A model generated the notes under the pieces. That model saw only the letters and a program-made list of their open reading frames with translations. It was not told the origin of the DNA and ran no database searches. DNA of 64,000 bases from a virus, in IMG/VR virus record IMGVR_UViG_3300010883_000001, positions 32,001-96,000 of that record, one strand, 5' to 3'. Of this stretch, positions 9,346 to 18,878 are shown one piece after another; position 1 is the stretch's first letter, and the number at the start of each line of letters is the position of its first letter. A program made the translations under genes and the position numbers.

Positions 9346-12300
9346 ATGGCTGAAGGTAATGATGGTGGACAGCTAGGTGCGGCAATGTCCATTAATAAGG
9401 TTCTTCAAGAAAGAACAGCCCTTTTAGATAAACAATCAAATGTCTTATCTTCTCAAGTTAAGATTGCCATGGAGTTGTGTAAGGCTCTAGAGTGTAAAGA
9501 TCTAGATGGCATGATTGATCGTGTCAATGATATTAATGATTCCCTTAAAAAGAGTTCAAAAGAAGCTAAGAAGATGGGTAAAGATACCCAAGGCGCGCTC
9601 AAGAAGACGGGCAAACAGGCCGATAAGACAAAATTAAGTACAAGCTCAATATTTAGTAAACTCACGCCCTCCGCCGGCGCAGCCATGGGTGCAATATTTG
9701 GTTTCGGCAGCGCACTTAAAGGTATCGGTGGATTAATATCTGCCGGTGTTAAAGGTGTCTTTAGTCTTGTTTCATCATTCTTCAAGCTAGGCGCCACCAT
9801 TGTTATGGTCCCATTTAAAATGTTGTCTGGCCTTATAGGGATGGCTCAAGAAGAAATGAGTGGCAGCAACGGTCTACGTGACGCAATAGAAGAAGTGCGT
9901 GATGCATTTGGTAGCCTGACAGAAGCTACTGGTGGAAAATTCATGGCTTCCATGAACCATATGAGACAGACCGCTAGTAATCTTGCCGGTTCAGGTCGGT
10001 CACTAGCCAGCATATATGGCCATGGCCCAGAAGGCATTGCTAATGCGTTCAAGGACAATCTTGAGTTTACCAAGGCTCTCGGAGGTGCCTATGATGAGCT
10101 AGCGCAGACACTCGACAAAAAAGCACTAGCGAAGTTCGTCATATATAGAAAAGCACTCGGTTTGACAGGCGAATCACAGGCTGCAATTCTTAAACAGGCA
10201 ATGAATTTAGGCGAAGATCCTGTTAAGGCCATGGCCAAATTCGGTGCAGCAGCAACAAGGATGTCCAAGGCGACAGGGGTTGCAGTAAAAAATATTACGA
10301 AGGCCATGTCTGAGATGATTGAGGAGGTCGACAGTTTTGGTGTTATGGGACCGAATGCAATGTCTGCCGTTGCCGCCTGGTCAAACAAAACAGGCGTCGA
10401 AATTAAGACACTAGCGTCAATTACAAATAAATTCTTAAACTTTGAGGATGCTGCTGAGTCCGCGGCAAAGTTGAACCAGGCGTTGGGAATGAACGTCGAT
10501 ACAATGAAGTTGATGAAAGGTGGTACAACCGCTATTGAGGAGCTGAATAGATCTTTTAAGGCACAAGGAAAGACACTTAAAGATCTATCGGTTGCAGAGA
10601 GACAAATGATTTCTAATGCAACCGGCCTACAGGGTGCCCAACTTAGCGCCGCACTTGGTGAGAAAACCAAGAAGAATGAGATGAAGAAATTCAATAAGCA
10701 AGCCAGGATGCAACAAAAGATATTGGTTAATCAGGAAAAGCTTATTAAGAAACTGGGCAAGATGATAAAGAAGACGTTTGGCCAGGGTAGCAAACAGTTT
10801 AAAGGATTTTTTGATGCGTTTGTGAAGGGCGTTGAGCGTGGTGTTAAAAGATCACAACCAATGCGAAAATTGTTTCGGAATATAACAAGATCTTTATGGA
10901 TGACCCATAGGGCCGGCCGAAAAGTTGGTAAGGATTTCGTAAACTTCTTCCCCGGGTTTAAGCAGTTTATAAAGGGCCTTCAAGAATTCTTTAGTCCAAA
11001 GTCATTTAAGCCAATGCTGGGCGAGGTTGTGTCTGCCTTTAAGGATTTCTTTAAGATGCTGGATAAAGATCCGGATGCCAGTTTTGAGATGTTTTTTGAT
11101 AGAATAAAGAAGGCATTTCTGAAATTTTTTGGTGGAAAGGGTGGTGCCGTAGACAACGTAAAGTCGGGTGGATCAAAAATACTCAAAGCATTTGGGCAAA
11201 TATTTAAACATCTGTTAATCAAGGCCGCCGAAGGTGTGGCATTCCTTCTGAATAAGTTGGCAGATCTGATAGAGAATCCGGCCCCGCTAGTGACGGCTGC
11301 CAGTAAGGCGTGGAACACTCTAGCAGATGCTTTTGGTAGAATATGGGAGATACTCATTACCAAGATTGCCCCCCCACTTGGCCGGGCCTTTGAGAGATTA
11401 TTCACAGTAATAGGAAAAAAACTAGGTAGCTCTGGTGTTCTTAAAAAAGTCTTTAGCGTATTGGCCAAAGTTTTCATCGCTAAATTGATGCTATCAATGT
11501 TAGCCAACGCGATAAAGGGTGGCCTTGTAATTACAATAGGTAGGAAGATTGCCTCTTTTCTTGCCATGGCAATGACCCCTAAAGTCCCGGGTCCAGTTAC
11601 GGGATTTTGGACAACTTTATTTACTCAAAGTGCTACCACATCGACAGCTGCAGCCGCAAACGCAAAAGCTCCTGTCGCTCTAGGTATTGCCGGCATCCAA
11701 AAGATAATACCTTTTATATTGGCCTTAGCACTTTTGATTCCTGCGGTATATGTTCTTTATCAGGTTGCAAAGTCAATGAAGTCTTCTGCGATTGCAAAGA
11801 CTGCATTACTCATGGCCGCCGTTGCCGGTATGGCTGTTGCCGTCGCCGCCACTGCATACGCATTAACTACAGTAGCTGCATCACCCGCAGAGACGGCCCT
11901 GGCTGGCGTGCCTAAGATGGCAATGGTGATGGCAGGCGTCGGCGTCGTGGCCCTAGCAATAGTTGCCCTAATGTCTACGTTGCCGAAGATAGAAACGTCT
12001 GTTATTGTTGCATTTGTGGCAGCGATGTTGGGAATGGTCCTGGGGGCTATACCAATATACATGGCCGCCGTCGCGATGGGGACGGTAACAATGGCATCCG
12101 GAGGCCTGGATCAGGCAGCATTGGTTGCTGGCCTATGGACATTAACAGCAGTGATGGCCGTTGTTGGTCTTTTAGGTGTAGCCATGGTCGCATCAATGAG
12201 TATGTTCTCCAAGGATTCTGCTGAAAAGACAAAGAACATTATGGGTCCATTAGCCTCATTACTAGCGGTGGTTGGTCTGACCCTAATTCCTGCAATATTA

Positions 12301-14862
12301 ATTGCGGGTATAGCATCCGCGGGAATACTTGGAGCTATTGCTTTGGTGGCCGGTCTCGGTGCACTAGCGATCGTCTTTGATGCAATTGTAGGTGAGGGTG
12401 GTGTGGCCGAGAGGATGGTCAAGTTAGCAGATTTAAAGGTTGGAAATCCTGGTAATTTTAAGCAGGTTGTTGAGGGTATATCTGCTGGAATTAAGGCCGG
12501 TGCATGTCTGATGATGGCATTGGCTGAGATAATTGACCAGGCAGATGACTTTGCCGATAATCATGAAGAGATGGATATGATCCTAGGTCATATGAAAAAT
12601 CTCATTGATGCAGTCTTGAAAAATGGGATTGTTTCGATTGTTGACAAGTTGGCAGAGTTAGCAAAGATAAAAGATATTAGCTCTGAGGCCGGCCCAGCAA
12701 TTCGAGCCATATCAGGCGCAATTAATGCTTCAGCTGCGATGATGAAGGCAGTGCAGTTTCCAAAAGAGATGTTCTCGATGATCGAAGAGTTAGATGACCC
12801 GGACATGATAAATCAGGTCTTTACCAAAATGCTAGCCCACCAAAAAGCTGTTTTTGACACGATGACAAAGAAAGATGGCTTGCTTGATGTTGTTATCGAT
12901 AAATTTATGTCTCCAGAATTTACCTCTCGCCTCAGCAAGATTCCGGAACCAGAGAAGGTTGCAAAGCTCATAGGTGGTCTTTCTAAGATGATTGGTACCG
13001 TCATGAAGATTGGTTCCGCATTTTCGATGAACCCCCAAGAGGCTAGCGTATTGAATAAGTTGACGGAGGAGGATGATGATGAGACCCTGGACGCAATAAA
13101 GGCACTGAACGATCGTCAAGATAAAATGATGCAGAATATGCCGGCGATGCTAACAGTAATGATGGATGGTGTCAAAGGCATGGTCACAGAACTGGGTCCA
13201 ATTTTCAAAAAAATAGAGACCTTCTCAGGTTCAACTGAAAAAATGCAGGCCGGTGGTTCTATTATTTCGGCTGTCATGTCTGGAGCGGCAGCGGTTTTAG
13301 GTGCGGTAGTTCAGGCCGTGGTACCAATTATTGATATGCAAAAGAGTATTGTTTCAAAGCAGAAAGGCCCGCTAGCTGCAGCGCAGCAGGGCAGTAGTTT
13401 CAAGTTATCCAAACTCATGGGTCCCATAAGCAATCTAATGACCGATGTTTTGGGTGCCATTAATAATCTAGATCTAACAAAGATGTTCAAGGGAATTATG
13501 GAGGCCGTATCGATCCCAACTGCCTATACTACACGAATTGAGGCTGCTGCAAAGCTATTGGGTCCGATCGTGGGTATGATAGGAACAATAATCCAGGCAA
13601 CAAGCCAGTTGGCTACTACATTTTTAAAGAATAATACTGAAAAATTCGCGAAAGATGTTAGCAAAAAGAAAGATGCTGCCGGCAATGCAATAGATGCAAC
13701 CAAGTCTACCGGTGATAGTGTAAAGCACATAATGGGATCTATAGGTGAAATATTTAAGCAAATTGATGTGGGTCCAGCCATTAAATCAGCACTCGCTGCA
13801 GCAAGGGGCTTGGGTAAGAGTAAGGGCGCTCTTAAAAGTGTCCAGACGATAACCGGTCTAATGGCCGCTGTAATGAGTATGATATCAGGTATAGCAGGGG
13901 TCTTATCAGCAAGTGAAGATGCTGTCAAGGATTCTCCGGCATATACAAATGCCAAACGTTTGCTTGATTATAATGAGGATTCATGGGAGAAAACGTACAA
14001 AACCGCAAGTCACTCCCAAGGGGCAGCATATGTGGCAACCAAGGCCAAACACTCAGAGAAGATGGCAGACCTTCGTAAAGCGGCAATTGAGGATTCCGTT
14101 CCCAGAATAACGAGGTCGATGGAAAAAATGGGCGGCTTGATGAAGGCCGGCGGCCCGATCGATAAGATGATTAAGGGGATTTCGGATAAAGATGGTATCG
14201 GTGCGATTCCAAAAAATATTGTTCAACGGACTGCAAACCTGGTTGCGATAATGACGGATATGGGCAAGTTGATGCAGGTAATGGGTGATGAGAAAATGGC
14301 CGCGGCACTTACCAAAGGGGCAGGTGGCACTACGAAGCTGGAAGCCAATGCCAAAATGCTGAAAGATGGAATAACGAGAAGCGTGGTCAACGATATCTTG
14401 CGGGTAGGAAAGAATATCAAGAAACTGGGCAGCCTAGGGGTGACGGAGAAGAACGTAAAGGCAATGAGCCAGATGTCTATAGCGTATCTTGAGGCTGCAA
14501 AACTGGGTAGTGATATCAACACCTTTAATAATCCTGGTGATAAGATAAAAGAGGTAGGCATAGCTATTTCTGAGGGTGTGACCACATTTAACAAGATGTA
14601 TGGAATTAAGAAGGGTGGCCTTAAGGCTGTGTTAGACATTGCAAAAGCATTAAACACAAATGGTTCACTCACTATTAAGCATGATGTAACTGACAAGATC
14701 CAGATTGAGGTTAACGTTAAGCTGGATGCAGAGTCTGTTGCCGCCGCCGTCAGTAATACTAAGGCTGGAAAGGCTAGCACCCCACAATCCAGTGCGGCCG
14801 GACCGAAGAAGAAGGTAGCCAGTAAATCTAAGAGATCGGCCGTTGCCTCAAAGACGCAATAG
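9346..14862 (+). CDS. Tape measure protein
   Basis: 1838 aa, Ala/Gly/Lys/Met-rich helical protein with a long central hydrophobic region. Canonical position after tube and chaperone. Confidence 0.85.
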   Translation: MAEGNDGGQLGAAMSINKVLQERTALLDKQSNVLSSQVKIAMELCKALECKDLDGMIDRVNDINDSLKKSSKEAKKMGKDTQGALKKTGKQADKTKLSTSSIFSKLTPSAGAAMGAIFGFGSALKGIGGLISAGVKGVFSLVSSFFKLGATIVMVPFKMLSGLIGMAQEEMSGSNGLRDAIEEVRDAFGSLTEATGGKFMASMNHMRQTASNLAGSGRSLASIYGHGPEGIANAFKDNLEFTKALGGAYDELAQTLDKKALAKFVIYRKALGLTGESQAAILKQAMNLGEDPVKAMAKFGAAATRMSKATGVAVKNITKAMSEMIEEVDSFGVMGPNAMSAVAAWSNKTGVEIKTLASITNKFLNFEDAAESAAKLNQALGMNVDTMKLMKGGTTAIEELNRSFKAQGKTLKDLSVAERQMISNATGLQGAQLSAALGEKTKKNEMKKFNKQARMQQKILVNQEKLIKKLGKMIKKTFGQGSKQFKGFFDAFVKGVERGVKRSQPMRKLFRNITRSLWMTHRAGRKVGKDFVNFFPGFKQFIKGLQEFFSPKSFKPMLGEVVSAFKDFFKMLDKDPDASFEMFFDRIKKAFLKFFGGKGGAVDNVKSGGSKILKAFGQIFKHLLIKAAEGVAFLLNKLADLIENPAPLVTAASKAWNTLADAFGRIWEILITKIAPPLGRAFERLFTVIGKKLGSSGVLKKVFSVLAKVFIAKLMLSMLANAIKGGLVITIGRKIASFLAMAMTPKVPGPVTGFWTTLFTQSATTSTAAAANAKAPVALGIAGIQKIIPFILALALLIPAVYVLYQVAKSMKSSAIAKTALLMAAVAGMAVAVAATAYALTTVAASPAETALAGVPKMAMVMAGVGVVALAIVALMSTLPKIETSVIVAFVAAMLGMVLGAIPIYMAAVAMGTVTMASGGLDQAALVAGLWTLTAVMAVVGLLGVAMVASMSMFSKDSAEKTKNIMGPLASLLAVVGLTLIPAILIAGIASAGILGAIALVAGLGALAIVFDAIVGEGGVAERMVKLADLKVGNPGNFKQVVEGISAGIKAGACLMMALAEIIDQADDFADNHEEMDMILGHMKNLIDAVLKNGIVSIVDKLAELAKIKDISSEAGPAIRAISGAINASAAMMKAVQFPKEMFSMIEELDDPDMINQVFTKMLAHQKAVFDTMTKKDGLLDVVIDKFMSPEFTSRLSKIPEPEKVAKLIGGLSKMIGTVMKIGSAFSMNPQEASVLNKLTEEDDDETLDAIKALNDRQDKMMQNMPAMLTVMMDGVKGMVTELGPIFKKIETFSGSTEKMQAGGSIISAVMSGAAAVLGAVVQAVVPIIDMQKSIVSKQKGPLAAAQQGSSFKLSKLMGPISNLMTDVLGAINNLDLTKMFKGIMEAVSIPTAYTTRIEAAAKLLGPIVGMIGTIIQATSQLATTFLKNNTEKFAKDVSKKKDAAGNAIDATKSTGDSVKHIMGSIGEIFKQIDVGPAIKSALAAARGLGKSKGALKSVQTITGLMAAVMSMISGIAGVLSASEDAVKDSPAYTNAKRLLDYNEDSWEKTYKTASHSQGAAYVATKAKHSEKMADLRKAAIEDSVPRITRSMEKMGGLMKAGGPIDKMIKGISDKDGIGAIPKNIVQRTANLVAIMTDMGKLMQVMGDEKMAAALTKGAGGTTKLEANAKMLKDGITRSVVNDILRVGKNIKKLGSLGVTEKNVKAMSQMSIAYLEAAKLGSDINTFNNPGDKIKEVGIAISEGVTTFNKMYGIKKGGLKAVLDIAKALNTNGSLTIKHDVTDKIQIEVNVKLDAESVAAAVSNTKAGKASTPQSSAAGPKKKVASKSKRSAVASKTQ

Positions 14863-14884
14863 AACTAATAAGGTATTATATCAA

Positions 14885-15217
14885 ATGGACGAATTATTAA
14901 AAGATGAGTTAGTAAAAAAGGGGCTGGAAATATTTAGAAAGAGAGCCGAAGGCGGTGACAATTTTGCCGGTGCATTTATTTCAACTTATGATAAGCAGCC
15001 TGACGGTATGAAGGAAGGACTGTTAAAAGAATATTCAGGATATCTAATTGCTGCTGCGAAGATAATTGAAGCGCATAAAGAAGTAAAGAATCCGATTCAG
15101 ATGAAGAAGTTGCAGGAGAAGGTAAGTAGATATAAAAGTGATCTAGATGGAATTGGTCATAATGATTATGCAAAGATGCAGGCTCTAGCTAAAAAAATAA
15201 TATCGGATACTGATTAA
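14885..15217 (+). CDS. Hypothetical protein
   Basis: Open frame 14843..15217. ATG at 14885 is the more likely start. Stop overlaps the next ATG (TAATG). Confidence 0.55.
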   Translation: MDELLKDELVKKGLEIFRKRAEGGDNFAGAFISTYDKQPDGMKEGLLKEYSGYLIAAAKIIEAHKEVKNPIQMKKLQEKVSRYKSDLDGIGHNDYAKMQALAKKIISDTD

Positions 15218-18200
15218 TGCCAACAACGAATCAGACAAAATCATCAATTGCAAGACCTCCTGAGGAATTGTATAACCCACACCCGGATCGGTCAATGCCA
15301 CTATTGGATGCACCGAATCAGGATTTGTCTGAAGAGGCCCGGGAGACGCTAGCGTCATGGGCACAGCTTGTTACTATGGGCGCTGCTGGCTCAGCAGGAA
15401 GACCGAACGCATTTATCCTTAAGCCAAATTTGGGTGAAGCGTTAGATGAAGTAAATATAAATGAATCAGTTAATGCATCGTTAGAACCATCCGAGGCCGC
15501 GCGCACGGCCGGTGATACTGGTATTACATTTGGAACATTCGCGGATGTGTCTGAAGGAAATACTGAAGGTTCATTTACGAATGCATCATATGGATTTTAT
15601 AATGTAAAAAAATCAGATTTTTCGAGATCAAAAGAACCCATTCATCTCAACGAGATGGCTAAAGGTACCGGTCATACATTATTGCCCATGATAAAAGGCA
15701 AAGGGGAAGCAGCCAAAGATGGTGAGGACGGCCCGGCCGATCTGTACGCCACACCGGGTGCACCTGCTGTGCACGAGCCAAAATCATATGCCGATCTGCA
15801 CCCCATACAACAAAAGTTATCTGCTGTATTAAAGATTAATCGGTTTAATCCAGAGGCAGGCACCCCATACATGCAGGATCATGCCCACTCTACAAAAATA
15901 AGCGGGATGGGATCCGTACAAGAGAAATTTGGTAAATATGATGCTGATGCACCGCAGGTTGAATTCGGCGCACTCACCCATGTCGGTGACCAGTTGCTTC
16001 AATCACAAGTAGGTCATGCGGATGACACCGGTCAAGGAATGGCATTGTTACCTTCGGGTCAACAACTATTACCACAAATACTAACAATAGGCGTAAGTAA
16101 TCTCCGTGCAAAGAACACCGATGTTGGTGCCGGATTAACAAAGGACAGGACAACCCTGCACTCGTCCGAAGACAGTTTAGAAAGTGTTGGGGTCTTAAAT
16201 TCAGATCTGGAACCATTTTCTGGCGGTACCATGGCCAAGATTGGGATGGCTACCGTTGCAATACCCGCGGCAATTGCTATATTTTTAATTGTTGCCATCC
16301 TCGGTCTTGTAATCGATTTCTTTGCGAAATTTGAAGGAATGAGACAACCAGCTGAAGATCCTTTCAGCATAAAGAGTCTTGCTAAAGGTAATCACTCTCC
16401 GAATATGTCAAGCTTCCAGAGGGATACATTACAGATTCCTGCTATTGACTATCCAATTGATAAATGTTTTAATTTGGGTTTTGGCCAATGGCTTGGCATG
16501 AAAATCAGTAAAGGTGAGTTTAGTGTAGCTGATCTATTAATAGGCATGCTAACGGGTGATGTTGGTTATCTACTCTCTACTCCAGGATATTATGCAATAG
16601 TGATGAGAAGGGTTATTGCCGATACAACTCAGGTAGCTGAGGCGTTTGGTAATATTGGATTTTCAATATCAGGAATTTTAGCGATATTTGATATATTCTC
16701 GACGATTACTAAAAGTATGACATATAAGTTTATCATGACTATGATCGCTGCTGGGAACTTGGCGGCATACAGATACCGCGGCCACCCGCGGCTTGATGAT
16801 ACTGACCTGGATAGCTTACCCAGTACCGGTCCTCACCGCGGTGGCAAGAGTAGGATTTCCTCTACCCCATTTCATTCATATGATCTATATCATAATATGG
16901 CATGGAAACATTCTGCACCCCCGTCTAGATATTTGATTCCGGCATCCGTTATGAATGCCTGGGCAGCCACCAGACCAAAGGCCGGCGCGGTAGAGCATCA
17001 ATTAGGGACAACAATTTCTGCAAGAAAGGCCGGCGGAGGTGAGAAAGGCTCAGCGGCATCTGAGGATGAAGCAAAGCTTGGGTATAAAGACGCAGGTCAA
17101 TCATCCTGGTCACCTACGGAGCTAGCTCAACTATCGGCGAATGATGGCAGGCTTTCTAATGAATATGTTGAGTTTATAGAGAGAAATTTAGATGCAGAAT
17201 ATATGCCGTTCTATTTTCATGATCTTAGAAACAATCAGATAATTGCATTTAATGCATTTTTAGATTCATATAGCGATTCATTCTCACCTTCGTGGACAGA
17301 GGTTGAAGGATATGGTCGCGCAGATCCAGTTGCAATATACAAGAATACAAGGAGATCAGTCAGCATTTCATTTACGGCCGTCGCGACCAGCAAAGAAGAT
17401 TTTAATGTTATGTGGTTTAATATGAACAATCTTGTTTCAATGATATATCCACAATATTCTAGAGGCAAGATGATGGTTACGGCCGATAACAAAGATAATT
17501 TTATTATGCCATTTTCTCAATTACAGACTGCCTCACCAATTATTAGGATGCGAGTTGGTGATTTATTTAGTTCAAATTATTCCGAGATTATGGGTTTAGG
17601 CAGAAGTTTTGGTGTTGGTTTACCTGCGGAGAAATCTGAGTTTGATTTTAAGGCTAGGCAGGAAGCAATTACTGCTGCAGAAGACAAGATTGCTGCAAAG
17701 TTACAAAATCCAGGTGATAAAAATACAGTCTTCGGCGGCGGCCCGGATGGCTTGGGATACGCAGAAGGAGATAAGGTTCATCTTACTGGACGTGGTTCAT
17801 TAATTGCCAGAAAAGATGATGGTACATTTCTAATGTTCCAGGACGAAGCATATAAAGGGCGAGGCGCTGAACCGGTGATGAAACAGAAGAAATTTCCTGT
17901 TGATTCTAAGATGAAATTTGAAATTACAAAAACCGGTAGGGCAGATAAGGCTTTTCTTGAGTTGATGAAGGGCGCTGGTGATTCAATGTCACTTTTTTAC
18001 GTTGTTAAGCCTGATGCTGAAACGGCAACCGATCTTTTTCCAAAAGCCAAAGATGTGCATTTTGTTATAACGCACGAGCAGATTAACGGGTTGACAAAAG
18101 AGGATTTTGACAAGATGTATTCTGGTATAGCTGATGCAGGCCTAGACAAGAAAATGTTAATTAAAGATCCAAAAGACTTTTTAGATCCAAAAAAGAATGC

Positions 18201-18570
18201 GATAGTTAGGGCATTCAATACCACAAAAGGTAAAGGTATGGCCGGATATATAACTTCACTTTCGATGGATTGGACTGACGCTACATGGGAGATTGATTAT
18301 GGGCATAGGGCACCAAAACTTATTAAGTTATCTGTATCATTTAGCCCGATACATGATACACCTCTAGGCCTAACACACGATGGTGGCTTACGTGGCGTAG
18401 CCTACAACGTTGGATCTGCATCTAGATTATATGCCGGTAATCCTTATGCATCCGCTGCGGTGGACGAGAATGAGGCTGAACGAGATGATCTAAAGGTGAT
18501 AGGTGTACTAAAGGGAGGTAAATTCACCGCCCGCGGCGCAGGTGAGGATCCCGACGGCGGGTTGTTTTAA
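15217..18570 (+). CDS. Baseplate/tube-initiator-like protein with long N-terminal extension
   Basis: C-terminal half has YMPFYFHDLRN..IAFNAFL.SYSDSFSPSW....YGRADP...YKNTRRSVSISF, SPIIRMRVGD and GYITSLSMDW...WEI...RAPK...SVSF.PIH, typical of tube-fold baseplate proteins preceding a LysM gene. Confidence 0.65.
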   Translation: MPTTNQTKSSIARPPEELYNPHPDRSMPLLDAPNQDLSEEARETLASWAQLVTMGAAGSAGRPNAFILKPNLGEALDEVNINESVNASLEPSEAARTAGDTGITFGTFADVSEGNTEGSFTNASYGFYNVKKSDFSRSKEPIHLNEMAKGTGHTLLPMIKGKGEAAKDGEDGPADLYATPGAPAVHEPKSYADLHPIQQKLSAVLKINRFNPEAGTPYMQDHAHSTKISGMGSVQEKFGKYDADAPQVEFGALTHVGDQLLQSQVGHADDTGQGMALLPSGQQLLPQILTIGVSNLRAKNTDVGAGLTKDRTTLHSSEDSLESVGVLNSDLEPFSGGTMAKIGMATVAIPAAIAIFLIVAILGLVIDFFAKFEGMRQPAEDPFSIKSLAKGNHSPNMSSFQRDTLQIPAIDYPIDKCFNLGFGQWLGMKISKGEFSVADLLIGMLTGDVGYLLSTPGYYAIVMRRVIADTTQVAEAFGNIGFSISGILAIFDIFSTITKSMTYKFIMTMIAAGNLAAYRYRGHPRLDDTDLDSLPSTGPHRGGKSRISSTPFHSYDLYHNMAWKHSAPPSRYLIPASVMNAWAATRPKAGAVEHQLGTTISARKAGGGEKGSAASEDEAKLGYKDAGQSSWSPTELAQLSANDGRLSNEYVEFIERNLDAEYMPFYFHDLRNNQIIAFNAFLDSYSDSFSPSWTEVEGYGRADPVAIYKNTRRSVSISFTAVATSKEDFNVMWFNMNNLVSMIYPQYSRGKMMVTADNKDNFIMPFSQLQTASPIIRMRVGDLFSSNYSEIMGLGRSFGVGLPAEKSEFDFKARQEAITAAEDKIAAKLQNPGDKNTVFGGGPDGLGYAEGDKVHLTGRGSLIARKDDGTFLMFQDEAYKGRGAEPVMKQKKFPVDSKMKFEITKTGRADKAFLELMKGAGDSMSLFYVVKPDAETATDLFPKAKDVHFVITHEQINGLTKEDFDKMYSGIADAGLDKKMLIKDPKDFLDPKKNAIVRAFNTTKGKGMAGYITSLSMDWTDATWEIDYGHRAPKLIKLSVSFSPIHDTPLGLTHDGGLRGVAYNVGSASRLYAGNPYASAAVDENEAERDDLKVIGVLKGGKFTARGAGEDPDGGLF

Positions 18571-18584
18571 TTAAGGAGTGAGTT

Positions 18585-18878
18585 ATGCCATCTAGATATT
18601 TGCGCGCACCAAGAATGGGTTCTGGTAGGTTTACCGGTACAAGTCATGCATGCAACCTAATCACGCGTGCGGTTGATAACGGGATGATTGGTGTAAAGAT
18701 GACGGTATTGAGAGAAGGCCAACGGCTTGACGTAATGGCACAACATGAATATGGTGATGCTAGTCTGTGGTGGGTAATTGCTGCTGCTAGTGGCATAGGC
18801 TGGTGGTTACAGGTACCTCCGGGTACTGAGATTTTAATCCCTACTTCATTGAGGCAAGTTATGGGTCTAGTCGCATGA
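18585..18878 (+). CDS. LysM-like baseplate wedge protein (P2 gpX/T4 gp53-like)
   Basis: GQRLDVMAQHEYGDASLWWVIAAASGI...VPPGTEILIP. Confidence 0.8.
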   Translation: MPSRYLRAPRMGSGRFTGTSHACNLITRAVDNGMIGVKMTVLREGQRLDVMAQHEYGDASLWWVIAAASGIGWWLQVPPGTEILIPTSLRQVMGLVA

